The notes under the pieces: generated by a model
Databases searched by the model: none
The model's input: only the letters and a program-made list of their open reading frames with translations
Told to the model about the DNA's origin: nothing
Program-made: the position numbers and the translations under genes
Shown: piece by piece, positions 1-10,498 of the stretch
How the letters are laid out: each line of letters starts with the position of its first letter
Position numbering within the stretch: position 1 is the stretch's first letter
Assembly: GCA_964569425.1 (NCBI GenBank)
Contig: CAZMVD010000008.1
Coordinates: 3,182-67,181, forward strand
Length of the DNA: 64,000 nt
Direction: 5' to 3'
From: an uncultured Phycisphaeraceae bacterium
GTDB lineage: Bacteria > Planctomycetota > Phycisphaerae > UBA1845

Positions 1-387
1 AACAATGCGTTCCTGGGAGTGCAGCTTACGCGACGCGACAGCAGGGAATACACCGTGCGGGACGATCGCGGCGGCGCGGCGCTGCGCTTTATCCGGCGGC
101 CGGCGGAGACACTGATGTTCGCCGACGCGGCCTTCGCCGCCCATCGGCTGATCGAATACAGCTTTGTCGAGCCGCGCTTTCAGCCCGCGTTTCCGACCTT
201 TCGCATGGATCCGTCGATTCACTTTCGCCATCGCGGCCGGGCGAATACGGCCTGGTGCGATGGGCGGGTCGAGTCGCAGCGCCGGTCGTTCAGCTGGTCA
301 AGCGGGCTGTATCGAACGCAGCCGCAACGTTACGACATCGGCTGGTTTGGCCCGGCGGACGACAACCGCTTGTTTGATCTGGATTGA
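1..387 (+). CDS. C-terminal part of a prepilin-type / DUF1559-like protein with H-X9-DG motif (5' truncated by window)
   Basis: Frame is open from base 1; HRGRANTAWCDG is H-X9-DG, preceded by 'LMFAD', as in Planctomycetota DUF1559 proteins. Confidence 0.75.
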   Translation, partial: NNAFLGVQLTRRDSREYTVRDDRGGAALRFIRRPAETLMFADAAFAAHRLIEYSFVEPRFQPAFPTFRMDPSIHFRHRGRANTAWCDGRVESQRRSFSWSSGLYRTQPQRYDIGWFGPADDNRLFDLD

Positions 388-403
388 CGGATGCGAGGCT
401 CCG

Positions 404-1621
404 TCAGGTCGCGCGGCGGCGCAGGGGCATGGTCATGCAGCGTGGGCCGCCAAGCCCGCGGACGAGTTCCGAGCCCTCAATGATCACGCAACGAACCCCC
501 GCCTTTTCCAGCGCCTCGGCGGTACGCTCGTTGCGTTCGTAAACGACGGCCACCCGTGGAGCGATGGCGAAGGCATTGGTGCCGTCCGTACGCTGCTCGC
601 GCGAGCCGAAGTGCCGCGAGCCGCCAGCCGTCTCGATGATCGTCAGATCGCAGGCGAACTCGTCGCGGAGAATGTCCGGCAGCGTTCGGTCTTCGGGCAC
701 ACGCTGAACGCCGGAACTTCCGCCCACGGGTTCGTAACGGTGAATGTACTTGAGGTCGGCCATCACCGGCGCAAACCACAGGACCACGCCGCGATCGATC
801 ACCGTAAAGACGGTGTCGAGGTGCATGAAGGCGCGCTCGGTGGGGATGGGGACCTCGTAGACGCGCAACACCTGCCCCACGCGGAGGCACTTGGCGGCCA
901 GCCGCTCGATCGTTTCGCTGCGGGTCCGTTCGCTGGCGCCGATGAGCACCGCTTGGGGTGACAGGATAATGACATCCCCGCCTTCGATGGTGTAGGGGCG
1001 GTCCTCGGTCGGTTCGGACGTGCCCCCGTAGGTGATGGCGTTGCCGGCGAATTCCGGGTGGTTTTCCAGCACTGCGCGGATCAGCAGCGTCTCCCGCACG
1101 CGCTGCGTGTAGTGCATCTTGCAGGAGATCGCGGCGCCGTGAACCACCACCGCCGGGTCGCGGCTGAAGTACGCGTTGGGAATCGGCGCCAACAGGAATG
1201 ACTCGTCGTCGGCGGTGCTTTCCATACTCTGTCCGCTGCGCTGGCGGAACTCGGCGTAGGTGAGGCCGGCGAACATCATTTCCACCAGCGCGGGCACGTT
1301 CCAGTGTTTGAGCGAAACGAGTTCCTCGCTGATCGCCGGAACGCCCTCGACGCGGCAGACGGACCCGAGCAGCGCCGCACGGGTCGGCTCTTCCTGTATC
1401 AGATCCTGAAGGAACGCCTCGAGGTAATACACTTGCACACCATGATCACGCATGCGCGCGGTGAAGGCGTCATGTTCGCGCTGCATCCGCCTGAGGTAGG
1501 GGATATCTTCAAAGAGAAAGCTGCGCATAGTGCCATGCGTAAGGCGTTCGATCTCTGCCCCGGGACGGTGGACCAGCACCGCCTCCAGAGGGTCGTACTC
1601 GTTGTCAATCTGCAAACGCAC
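404..1621 (-). CDS. arcA: Arginine deiminase
   Basis: N-terminal EYDPLEAVLVHRPGAEIERL, FSRD, IEGGD, MHLDTVFT, C-terminal GGPRCMTMPL catalytic Cys; GTG start at 1621 chosen from the family N-terminus (ORF extends to 1708). Confidence 0.92.
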   Translation of the reverse strand: MRLQIDNEYDPLEAVLVHRPGAEIERLTHGTMRSFLFEDIPYLRRMQREHDAFTARMRDHGVQVYYLEAFLQDLIQEEPTRAALLGSVCRVEGVPAISEELVSLKHWNVPALVEMMFAGLTYAEFRQRSGQSMESTADDESFLLAPIPNAYFSRDPAVVVHGAAISCKMHYTQRVRETLLIRAVLENHPEFAGNAITYGGTSEPTEDRPYTIEGGDVIILSPQAVLIGASERTRSETIERLAAKCLRVGQVLRVYEVPIPTERAFMHLDTVFTVIDRGVVLWFAPVMADLKYIHRYEPVGGSSGVQRVPEDRTLPDILRDEFACDLTIIETAGGSRHFGSREQRTDGTNAFAIAPRVAVVYERNERTAEALEKAGVRCVIIEGSELVRGLGGPRCMTMPLRRRAT

Positions 1622-1931
1622 CGAACACCTGTGCTCAGACGGGACGACACCCCGGCACCGCCATAATCCCAGCCGACCCGATCGTAGAGTCAACGTGGTC
1701 AAAGTCAATGTCGGCCTCGCTTTCCCTGATCGCTATCATGCACTGATCGAGAATCGCGACTTTCGGCGTAGAGGGCATCAGCCGAATCCGCATTGACAAC
1801 CCGGAAGCGGCCACCGAGTGATGCAAGATTCGCATCCTGCCCGCGTTTGAAAACTCGCCGAATCACATTTGACAGGCGACATTCGTCAGCCAACCATCCG
1901 GGCAGTAGAGTGGTGAAGGGTACACGGGACA

Positions 1932-3143
1932 TTGGAAATGGCGGCAAACGAAGCCTTCAAGTATGCAATGTTGTTGCCCGACGGAGCGGCGGATGAGCCC
2001 GTGGCGGCGCTCGGCGGGCGTACGCCGCTGGAAGCGGCGCATAAACCAAACATGGACGCCCTCGCGCGCAGCGGGCGGCTGGGGCGGGTGGTCACCGTGC
2101 CCGCCGGTCTCTCGCCGGGCAGCGATGTCGCCACCTTGTCACTCTTCGGTTACGATCCGCGCGTGCACCACCCCGGCCGCGCAGCGCTGGAAGCGGTCGC
2201 GCGCGGATTGAGCATCAGTTCTGAAGAACTCGTCTTCCGGTGCAATTTCGTTACCCTCGCAGATGGCGCCATGCAGGACTTCACCGCCGGGCACATCGCG
2301 CCGCTCGAGGCCGAACGGTTGATCGACGACCTGAATGCAAAGCTCCGCGATCTTGGCTGTCGCTTTTACGCGGGGGTTTCCTATCGCAACCTGATGACCC
2401 TTTCAGACGCGCGGCACATCGAAGTGCAATGCACGCCGCCGCACGATTTTCCCGGTGAACCGGTGGCGCGGCATCTGCCCAAGGGGCGCGGCGCCGATCG
2501 CGTGCGCATGGTCATGGAGCGGGCCCGCGAGTTGCTGGCCGGGCACGAAATCAACCTGGTGCGTGCCGACCTGGGCGAAAACCCGGCCACCGACATCTGG
2601 CTGTGGGGGCAGGGCCGACCCCGGACGCTGCCCGGTTTTGCGCAGCGCTTCGGCGTGTGCGGCGCGTGCATCGCCGCCGTGGACCTCATCCGGGGCATAG
2701 CGCAAAGTGTGGGCATGACGTTGATCGACGTGCCGGGAGCCACCGGCTATCTCGATACCGATTACGGCGCCAAAGGTCGCGCTGCGGTGCAGGCATTGGA
2801 ACAGTTCGATCTCGTCGTGGTTCACGTGGAGGCGCCGGACGAAGCGGGGCACCTGGGCGACGCGGCCGCCAAGGTAAACGCCATCGAGCGGGTGGATGCG
2901 GAAATCGTGGGTCCGCTGATGGAACGGCTGCGCGGTTTTCCAGCGTGGAGGATGTTGATCGCTCCCGATCACCCCACACCGGTGGAAACCAGGGTCCACT
3001 CCGCGGCGCCCCCGCCCTTTTGTCTGGCCGGCACGCGGATTCCGAGCGTTGTGTCGCGTTCCTTCGGTGAGACGTCCGCGAGAGAAGCAGATCTGTTCAT
3101 TGAGAACGGCCATGAACTGATGGAGTTCTTTCTCCGCGGGTGA
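1932..3143 (+). CDS. apgM: Cofactor-independent phosphoglycerate mutase, ApgM/AlkP superfamily
   Basis: DGAADEP...TPLEAA, PGSDVA, HVEAPDEAGH and PDHPTP metal-binding motifs. Confidence 0.88.
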   Translation: MEMAANEAFKYAMLLPDGAADEPVAALGGRTPLEAAHKPNMDALARSGRLGRVVTVPAGLSPGSDVATLSLFGYDPRVHHPGRAALEAVARGLSISSEELVFRCNFVTLADGAMQDFTAGHIAPLEAERLIDDLNAKLRDLGCRFYAGVSYRNLMTLSDARHIEVQCTPPHDFPGEPVARHLPKGRGADRVRMVMERARELLAGHEINLVRADLGENPATDIWLWGQGRPRTLPGFAQRFGVCGACIAAVDLIRGIAQSVGMTLIDVPGATGYLDTDYGAKGRAAVQALEQFDLVVVHVEAPDEAGHLGDAAAKVNAIERVDAEIVGPLMERLRGFPAWRMLIAPDHPTPVETRVHSAAPPPFCLAGTRIPSVVSRSFGETSAREADLFIENGHELMEFFLRG

Positions 3144-3335
3144 CTTTCGATCGCCTTTGCGCTGGGTGGTCGCGAAGCACCCACTGTGTTCGGCCGGCAG
3201 TATGGGAGGGAAAGCGTAGAACCGCATTTCGAAGTCTGGTCAGGAACTTTGCCGCGGGGCGAAGGACCGGATATGGTAAGTGCCGGGACGGGACGGGTTA
3301 GCGCCGCATTCGCACATTGTTCAGGGGATTTGATC

Positions 3336-3947
3336 ATGAGCGACGATCCACGCATCCAACAATTCAAGAAAATGGCCGAGGAAGATCCGGAAAATGAACT
3401 GGGCCACTTCAGCCTGGGCCGCGCGTATCTTGAGGCCGGGCGTTTCCAGGAGGCCGCCGCTTCGCTTGCGCGCGTGATTGAACTGAATCCGCGCATGTCC
3501 AAGGCGTATCAGTTGCTCAGCGAGGCGCATGACCAGGCGGGCAACCGTGATCAAGCGATTGTGACGGCTACGCGCGGTGTCCAGGTGGCCGATGCGCAAG
3601 GTGACCGCATGCCCTGCAAGGCGTTGATCGGATTGTTGGAGTCGTGGGGTGCGTCGGTGCCCGTGCTGCAAAAAGTGACGGTCGATGGCACGGAGGCACC
3701 CGCCGGCGGGGCGGAAGGTTTTCAATGTGTTCGTTGCGGACGGCCGGAGGGTCAATTGGGCAAGCCCCCCTTTAAGGGCGACCTGGGCCAACGTGTCTTC
3801 GGGCATGTTTGTCAGGGATGCTGGCGCGAGTGGATCGGGATGGGAACTAAGGTAATCAACGAACTTGGTCTCCAGCTTAGCACCAAGCATGGCCAGGACA
3901 CCTACGACCAGTACATGATCGAATTCTTGCAGCTTGACCAGGTATAG
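3336..3947 (+). CDS. TPR-repeat protein fused to Fe(II)-trafficking (YggX-like) domain
   Basis: TPR helices (ELGHFSLGRAYL...KAYQLL); C-terminal PPFKGDLGQRVFGHVCQGCWREW...KVINELGL resembles YggX. Confidence 0.8.
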   Translation: MSDDPRIQQFKKMAEEDPENELGHFSLGRAYLEAGRFQEAAASLARVIELNPRMSKAYQLLSEAHDQAGNRDQAIVTATRGVQVADAQGDRMPCKALIGLLESWGASVPVLQKVTVDGTEAPAGGAEGFQCVRCGRPEGQLGKPPFKGDLGQRVFGHVCQGCWREWIGMGTKVINELGLQLSTKHGQDTYDQYMIEFLQLDQV

Positions 3948-4351
3948 CTGGTTGCCCGGGGGGAAGCAGGCGACGGCGCGGCACCGGTGGCGAAAAACCA
4001 CAGAGAATGGGGCAAGAATCGCTTCGGGCCTGCCCCGCGTCGGTAGTAGTTGGGTAATCTCGACCGCGACCTGGGGTCGTGATTGATGAGCGATAGGCTC
4101 GCGGACACGCGCCTCCGGGTCATTCTCCGGCACGCGGCGGGTCCGAGGTCCTCCCTTGGATTCCCTGTAGCAGGGTTGCTGCGCGGGTAGACCGGAGGCG
4201 ATCTTTACCGGACGCGGTCCCCTGCCGACATAAAGTAGGGTTTATTTGCATTGATCCCGGAAGTATTACTGGAATCATCACCGCAAAGGGCCTATACTGC
4301 TTTGGGGATCAATAATCATGATTCTGGCAGAGGAGAGATCGGGCGGTCGGG

Positions 4352-5233
4352 GTGAGTTGTAATGCGTCCGTCACGATCTGCGAATTCTTGACGACTGCTC
4401 AGGTACAACCCGACATCATTCCAACCCTGCCGGAGGCCGCTCCGCGCATTCGCCTTGTACCACAATTATTCGGCAAGGACGGGCAGCCAGTGGCTTGTCA
4501 CCGGCTGATCACGCTACTGGGCGCGCGCGCGGGGTGCAAAATAGCCCTGCGCCACGAGACGGTTTCTCCGGTGCATGCCGCCATCGTCTGTCTGGGGCCC
4601 AAGGTGTTCGCGGTGGATCTCGCCAGCCAGAATGGCACACGGCTGAACGGACTCAAGCTGGAACAGGAGCGGCTCTCCGACGGCGACGTGCTGGAAATCC
4701 ACCCGTGGGAGTTTCGCGTTGAGCTACAGGTCCATAACGGTGACGACGCTGGCGAGGGCTTGCTCGGGCTTGAGCCGGCACCCCGCGTGGTGGCGCTCGA
4801 GCACCTGGAAACCAAACGGCTCCTCCATCCCGGCCGCGATATCTGCGTGATCGGCCGGCATCCGGGTTGCGACATCACCCTTGCAGACGATCGCGTGTCG
4901 CGCGCCCATGCCATGCTGATCAATTACCATGGCTACCCTGCTTTGGCAGACCTGGTCAGCCATCACGGAACCCTGGTTAACGAGGAGCCCATTCATTTCC
5001 GCGTGCTCCGCGCCGACGAAGTCGTCACACTGGGCAGTTCGAAGTTCCGCGTCCGCCTGGTTGGGTCGTCGGTGGTGGAGAAGGCGTCCGAGAACGGCAA
5101 GGTCGTTCCCGGTAAGCCGGCCATTCCGCGAAACGGCGCCGCCGGTCCTGACCTTATCAACATCAAAGCGGTGGAAGGCTCCCAACGATGGCACATCGCC
5201 GAAACGGCCGAGCGGACAGCGAAGAAGTCATAG
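4352..5233 (+). CDS. Tandem FHA-domain protein
   Basis: Two FHA signatures: G(A)R..C.I.L....VS..HA...DL.S.NGT and IGRHPGCDI...VSRAHA...DLVSHHGT; start uncertain. Confidence 0.85.
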   Translation: MSCNASVTICEFLTTAQVQPDIIPTLPEAAPRIRLVPQLFGKDGQPVACHRLITLLGARAGCKIALRHETVSPVHAAIVCLGPKVFAVDLASQNGTRLNGLKLEQERLSDGDVLEIHPWEFRVELQVHNGDDAGEGLLGLEPAPRVVALEHLETKRLLHPGRDICVIGRHPGCDITLADDRVSRAHAMLINYHGYPALADLVSHHGTLVNEEPIHFRVLRADEVVTLGSSKFRVRLVGSSVVEKASENGKVVPGKPAIPRNGAAGPDLINIKAVEGSQRWHIAETAERTAKKS

Positions 5234-5426
5234 CCCTTGCCAAGTCTCAGGCGGTAAGACCACGCAAGAACGGAGCAATCCTGAACGGCAGTCCTTGTTG
5301 ACCCCGCAGCCGAGCGGCTGGGCATGACGTAGCAATGCCATTACCATGGCTGAAGCGGTTTGCGGACCCTGACCGGTTCGCTCCGCAGCGCATTCGCAAC
5401 ATTGCGATCGTTCCGGAGATCATGTC

Positions 5427-7106
5427 GTGTCGACTAGTACGATGAACACTGCCGCAAAACCCATGACCGTTCGAGCGCCACGAGGACTTACGTTGTCGTG
5501 CAAGGGCTGGCAGCAGGAAGCAGCCCTGCGCATGCTGATGAACAACCTTGACCCGGAAGTGGCCGAGAACCCCGCCGAGCTTGTCGTTTATGGCGGCAGC
5601 GGTAAGGCAGTGCGGAGCTGGGCCGACTTTGATCGAATCGTCGCGGCGCTGAAGTCACTCGAAAACGACGAAACGTTGCTCGTTCAATCGGGACGCGCGG
5701 TGGGCATTCTGCGAACGCACCGCGATGCGCCGCGCGTGCTCATTGCCAACTCGTTGCTGGTCCCGCATTGGGCGACGTGGGAAGAGTTCCGGCGGCTGGA
5801 GTCGCTGGGGCTCACCATGTTCGGGCAGATGACCGCGGGAAGCTGGATATACATCGGCACCCAGGGCATCGTTCAGGGGACCTACGAAACCTTTGGTGCT
5901 TGCGCCCGGCAACACTTCGGCGGCTCGTTGGCGGGTCGGTTGCTGGTCACCGGCGGACTGGGCGGCATGGGCGGAGCACAACCGCTGGCGTGCACCATGA
6001 ATGAGGGAGTGGCGCTGTGCATCGAGGTGGACCCTCAGCGCATCGAACGGCGCCTGAAGACGCGCTACCTCGATCAATCCACCGCTGACCTGGACGAGGC
6101 GCTCGACTGGTGCCAGGAGTCGGTGCAGGCGAATCGGCCGCTTTCCGTCGGCCTGCTGGGCAACTGCGCCGACGTGCTGCCGGAGCTGGTCCGGCGCGGC
6201 GTCACGCCGGACATGCTGACCGACCAAACCTCGGCGCACGACGCACTGAACGGCTATGTGCCCAACCGCATGACGCTGCCGGAGGCCAACAAGCTGCGGG
6301 AGTCCGACCCCGAGCGTTACATCGCGGAATCCATGCGCGCCATGGCCGAACACGTTGGCGCCATGCTGGAACTTCAGCGACGCGGGTCGGTGACCTTTGA
6401 CTATGGCAACAACATCCGCGGACAGGCCAAGCTGGCCGGCGTAGCCAACGCTTTCGACTTCCATGGTTTTGTGCCCCTCTTCGTGCGGCCGCTCTTTTGC
6501 GAGGGGCAGGGGCCGTTTCGCTGGGCGGCGCTCTCCGGCGATCCGAAGGACATCGCCCGCACGGACCGCGCGGTCCTCGAGACGTTTCCGCAAAACGAGC
6601 ACCTGTGCCGCTGGATTCGTTTGGCGGGCGAGCGCGTCGCTTTTCAGGGGCTGCCGGCGCGCATCTGCTGGTTGGGCTACGGCGAGCGCGCCCGCATGGG
6701 GCTGGTGTTCAACGAACTGGTGCGCAATGGCGAGATTTCCGCGCCCATCGTTATCGGGCGCGATCACCTCGATTGCGGCAGCGTGGCCTCGCCCAATCGC
6801 GAGACGGAAGGCATGAGGGACGGCTCCGACGCCATCGCCGACTGGCCGATCCTGAACGCCCTGGTCAACACCGCCTGCGGCGCGACCTGGGTCAGCGTGC
6901 ACCACGGCGGCGGCGTGGGCATCGGCTATGCCATCCACGCCGGTCAGGTGATTGTCGCCGACGGAACGAAAGAGGCCGACGCGCGACTGGAGCGCGTCCT
7001 CACTGCCGACCCGGCCATGGGCATCTTCCGTCACGTGGATGCGGGGTATGAAGAAGCCATACAAGTGGCGAGCGATCGTGGTGTGTTGATTCCCGGTCGC
7101 GGATAA
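5427..7106 (+). CDS. hutU: Urocanate hydratase
   Basis: [59 protein letters not shown]. Confidence 0.97.
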   Translation: MSTSTMNTAAKPMTVRAPRGLTLSCKGWQQEAALRMLMNNLDPEVAENPAELVVYGGSGKAVRSWADFDRIVAALKSLENDETLLVQSGRAVGILRTHRDAPRVLIANSLLVPHWATWEEFRRLESLGLTMFGQMTAGSWIYIGTQGIVQGTYETFGACARQHFGGSLAGRLLVTGGLGGMGGAQPLACTMNEGVALCIEVDPQRIERRLKTRYLDQSTADLDEALDWCQESVQANRPLSVGLLGNCADVLPELVRRGVTPDMLTDQTSAHDALNGYVPNRMTLPEANKLRESDPERYIAESMRAMAEHVGAMLELQRRGSVTFDYGNNIRGQAKLAGVANAFDFHGFVPLFVRPLFCEGQGPFRWAALSGDPKDIARTDRAVLETFPQNEHLCRWIRLAGERVAFQGLPARICWLGYGERARMGLVFNELVRNGEISAPIVIGRDHLDCGSVASPNRETEGMRDGSDAIADWPILNALVNTACGATWVSVHHGGGVGIGYAIHAGQVIVADGTKEADARLERVLTADPAMGIFRHVDAGYEEAIQVASDRGVLIPGRG

Positions 7107-7133
7107 GCCGCACACCCGGGCCACCGGCCCAAT

Positions 7134-8204
7134 TCAAAGATAATGCTCGCCGTGCTCGCGGCGGACGTTGTCCACCAGTTCCTTGATGCTCTGCGCGTCG
7201 CGTTTGGTGCACACCAGCGTCACGTCCGGCGTGTGCACGATCACCAGATCGTCCACGCCGATGGTCGCCACCAGGTGCTTTTCCTCGGAGATCACGATGT
7301 TGCCGCGCGAACCGAGATGCGACACTTGTGCGCAAGCGGTGATGTTATGGTCCGCATCGGCTTCGAGCACCGTTTCGATTGCCGGCCAGGAACCCACGTC
7401 CACCCATTGGCAGCCCATCTCCACCACGATCACCCGTTCGGCGCGCTCCAGCACTGCAAAATCAATGCTGATCTTCATCAGCTTGGGATAAATCGCCTCC
7501 AGCTTGGCCTGCCGCCCGTCGCTTCCCCACGCCTGCGCGATTTCCCGGATCGGCTCATACGACTGCGGCAGGTGCTTGCGAATCTGGTCGAGAATGGTGG
7601 CAGCGCGCCAGGCGAACATCCCGCTGTTCCAGTAGTATTCGCCGCTGGCGAGGTACTTCATCGCCTCGGCTACGTTGGGCTTCTCGGTGAACTGGCGGAC
7701 CACGTACACGCCGTCCGACAGTCGCTCGCCGCGGCGCACGTAGCCGTAATTGGCGTCCGGGCGCATCGGACGGATGCCCATGGTCACCAGCGCGTCGGGC
7801 TGCTGCTCGGCAATGGCGTAGGCGCGCTCGACCGCTTCGCGGAATCGATCCAGCGGCGCGATGATGTGGTCGGCGGTGAATACGCCGACCACGGCCTCCG
7901 AATCACGCTCCGCCAGGATGGCGGCGGCCAGCCCCACGGCATTGGCCGTATCGCGCCCGATCGGCTCGCCGAACAGGTTCGCCGCGGGCAATTCCGGGAT
8001 TTCTGCCGAAACCACAGGCAGGTGTGCCTGGCTGGTGATGATGTGGATCTGCTCGGGCGGCAGCAGGGCGCTGACCCGTTCAAAGGACTGCCGCAGCAGG
8101 CTGGTGCCCTGGAAGATGCGCAGGAGCTGCTTGGGGTGGTTCTTGCGGCTCAAGGGCCAGAGGCGCACGCCGGCGCCCCCAGCCATGATGACGGCATGTC
8201 GCAT
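7134..8204 (-). CDS. manC: Mannose-1-phosphate guanylyltransferase
   Basis: MAGGAGVRLWPLSR..PKQ, EPIGRDTA, FTEKP, WNSGMF, SIDFAVLE, WVDVGSW. Confidence 0.93.
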   Translation of the reverse strand: MRHAVIMAGGAGVRLWPLSRKNHPKQLLRIFQGTSLLRQSFERVSALLPPEQIHIITSQAHLPVVSAEIPELPAANLFGEPIGRDTANAVGLAAAILAERDSEAVVGVFTADHIIAPLDRFREAVERAYAIAEQQPDALVTMGIRPMRPDANYGYVRRGERLSDGVYVVRQFTEKPNVAEAMKYLASGEYYWNSGMFAWRAATILDQIRKHLPQSYEPIREIAQAWGSDGRQAKLEAIYPKLMKISIDFAVLERAERVIVVEMGCQWVDVGSWPAIETVLEADADHNITACAQVSHLGSRGNIVISEEKHLVATIGVDDLVIVHTPDVTLVCTKRDAQSIKELVDNVRREHGEHYL

Positions 8205-8235
8205 GGGTTCCTCCCTTCCGACATCGCTTGCGCGC

Positions 8236-10407
8236 TCAGTCCACGTCGTCGAATTCGACCCGCGTAAGGTCGGCGTGCTCCAAGATCAGCGAGTGCCGCG
8301 ATCCTTCTTGAAAATGCACGTCCACGTGCGTGCGGCTGGCCCCGCGATAGAATAACTGAATCTGGCCCAGCCCGTATTCCGGGTGTCGTACCAGCGTGCC
8401 CACGCCCCATTCGGCGATGTCCGGGGGGAGCTTACCCACCGTGGCGGCGGCGCGGCTCTTCCTGTCGCGGCGTTGGCCATCTCCCTGGCATTCTACCTGA
8501 TCGCCCGGCATCTCGTCGAGGAACGGGCTGCGCACCGTCCGTTCGGTCACGCCGCGAATCAAACGATAGCGCGCCCGCAGCAGCGTCAACTGCTTGCGCG
8601 CCCGCGTGATGCCCACAAAGCAGAGCCGCCGTTCTTCCTCTTCGTCCACGCCCGCGTCGTCATGCCTTCGAAACGGCAGCAGCCCGTCTTCCAGTCCGAT
8701 CATGTACACCGTGTCGAATTCCAGCCCTTTTGCCGCGTGCAGTGTCATCAGCGTCACGGCGCCGCTGCCGTCCATTACCGCGTCTACGTCGCTGATCAGC
8801 GCCGCGTGCTCCAGCCAATGCACGAGCGTGGCTTCCGGCTGCTCCTGGTGAAAGGCCGAAGCCGCGCTGACCAGTTCGTCGAGGTTGGCGGACGGATCCT
8901 CGGCCGAATCACCTTCCGCGGCGTACATGGCGCGCAGGCCCGACTGACTGATGACGAAATCCAGCGCCTGCGGCGGCGGCAGCTCCAGCGCCGCACGCAG
9001 CTTGTCGAGCAGCAGGACGAATTGTTGGACTCGTGCCGCGGAGCGCCCGAGGGCTTCGACCGTTTCCTGCCGACGAAGCTCATCGTGGACGCCGCGACCG
9101 CTCTGGCGCGCCCGCTCGACGAGCCGTCGCACCGTGGTGTCGCCGATGCCCCGCGCCGGTGTATTGACGATCCGCAGCAGCGATATTTCGTCCGCAGGGT
9201 TGACCAGTACGCGCAGGTAGGCCAGGACGTCCTTGACTTCCTTGCGGTTGTAGAATTCCACGCCGCGCGCGATTTGATAGGGTATTCCCTTGCGCAGGAA
9301 GGCCTCTTCGATCGCGCGGCTCAGGGCATTGATACGGTAGAAGATGGCGATCTGGCTCGCCGCGGCGCCCTCCTGCAAAGCGCGTGCGATCTGGTCTGCG
9401 ACGTACGCCGCCTCTTCGTCGCCGGATTCCACCTCGCGCACCTGGATCGGCGGCCCGTCGTCGTTTTCCGTCCACAGGCTCTTGGCTTTGCGCTGCAGGT
9501 TGCCCGCGATGAGGGCGTCGGCGGCGGCGAGGATGCGCTTGGTCGATCGGTAGTTCTGTTCCAGCCGCACCACCGTCGCACTCGGATAATCGCGCTCGAA
9601 GCTGAGGATGTTCTCTATGTTAGCCCCGCGCCAGCCGTAGATGGACTGGTCGGGATCTCCGGTGGCGCAGATGTTGTGGTGCGCCTCGGCCAGTTTCTGG
9701 GCGATGAGGTATTGCGCGGCGTTGGTATCCTGATACTCATCGATCAGCAGGTATTGGAACCGCCGGGAAAGCTCTTCCCGCAGTTCGTCGTTCTCCGCCA
9801 GGGTCAGGGCCATGCGCATCAACAAGTCGTCGAAGTCGAGCCCCCCCTGATCGTGAAGCAGCTTCTCGTAGTGCAGGTATACCTTGGCGTATTGGCGTTC
9901 CCGCCAGTCATTGGCCTGCGCCGCGAATTGGGTCGCGGTCTGCATGGCGTTCTTGGCGTGGCCGATGACCGTGTCCGCGGCCGAAGGGGTCAAGCGCTCC
10001 GTAGAAAGGTCGCATTCTTCAATTGCCTGCTTGAGCAGTTTGCGTCGGTCGTCGCGGTCGAAGATGGTGAAGTTCCTCTGGACGCGCGCCTGATCGGCGT
10101 ATTCCCGCAGCAATCGGGCGCACAGGGCGTGAAAAGTGCTAACGATCATTCCGGGGGCCACATCCAGCGCCGCGATGCGCTCGCGCATCTCCTTGGCCGC
10201 TTTGTTGGTGAAGGTAATCGCGAGGATCTGCCGCGGGCGCGCTACCGTGAGCGCCAGATGGGCGGCGCGGCGCGTGACCACCCGCGTCTTGCCGCTGCCG
10301 GGACCGGCCAGGATGAGCAGGGGGCCGTCAGTGTGCAATACCGCCTCGCGCTGCGGCGGGTTGAGGTCCGCCAGCAGCGGTTTGATCGCGTCCGTGCCTC
10401 GAGTCAT
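8236..10407 (-). CDS. pcrA: UvrD/PcrA ATP-dependent DNA helicase
   Basis: AGPGSGKT, TFTNKAA, DEYQDTN, GDPDQSIYGWRGA, LEQNYRST, TLHAAKGLEF, EERRLCFVGITRA; C-terminal Tudor-like VRHPEYGLG. Confidence 0.95.
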   Translation of the reverse strand: MTRGTDAIKPLLADLNPPQREAVLHTDGPLLILAGPGSGKTRVVTRRAAHLALTVARPRQILAITFTNKAAKEMRERIAALDVAPGMIVSTFHALCARLLREYADQARVQRNFTIFDRDDRRKLLKQAIEECDLSTERLTPSAADTVIGHAKNAMQTATQFAAQANDWRERQYAKVYLHYEKLLHDQGGLDFDDLLMRMALTLAENDELREELSRRFQYLLIDEYQDTNAAQYLIAQKLAEAHHNICATGDPDQSIYGWRGANIENILSFERDYPSATVVRLEQNYRSTKRILAAADALIAGNLQRKAKSLWTENDDGPPIQVREVESGDEEAAYVADQIARALQEGAAASQIAIFYRINALSRAIEEAFLRKGIPYQIARGVEFYNRKEVKDVLAYLRVLVNPADEISLLRIVNTPARGIGDTTVRRLVERARQSGRGVHDELRRQETVEALGRSAARVQQFVLLLDKLRAALELPPPQALDFVISQSGLRAMYAAEGDSAEDPSANLDELVSAASAFHQEQPEATLVHWLEHAALISDVDAVMDGSGAVTLMTLHAAKGLEFDTVYMIGLEDGLLPFRRHDDAGVDEEEERRLCFVGITRARKQLTLLRARYRLIRGVTERTVRSPFLDEMPGDQVECQGDGQRRDRKSRAAATVGKLPPDIAEWGVGTLVRHPEYGLGQIQLFYRGASRTHVDVHFQEGSRHSLILEHADLTRVEFDDVD

Positions 10408-10498
10408 GGACTTGCTCTATAGCCGTTCTTCGCGTTTTCGTCCAACGGCGCCGCTCCCCGCCCTTGCCGTGGAATCGCACACTTCGATAATCGCGTTC

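Noticed and set aside
1635..1947. Small ORFs between arcA and apgM
   Set aside because: They have no recognisable motifs or RBS; this is probably the divergent promoter region.
8383..10422. Long antisense ORFs (679 aa here; also 5655-7124, 32321-34132, 39987-41810, 52161-53918)
   Set aside because: These are shadow frames opposite well-identified genes, expected in high-GC DNA, and show no motifs.
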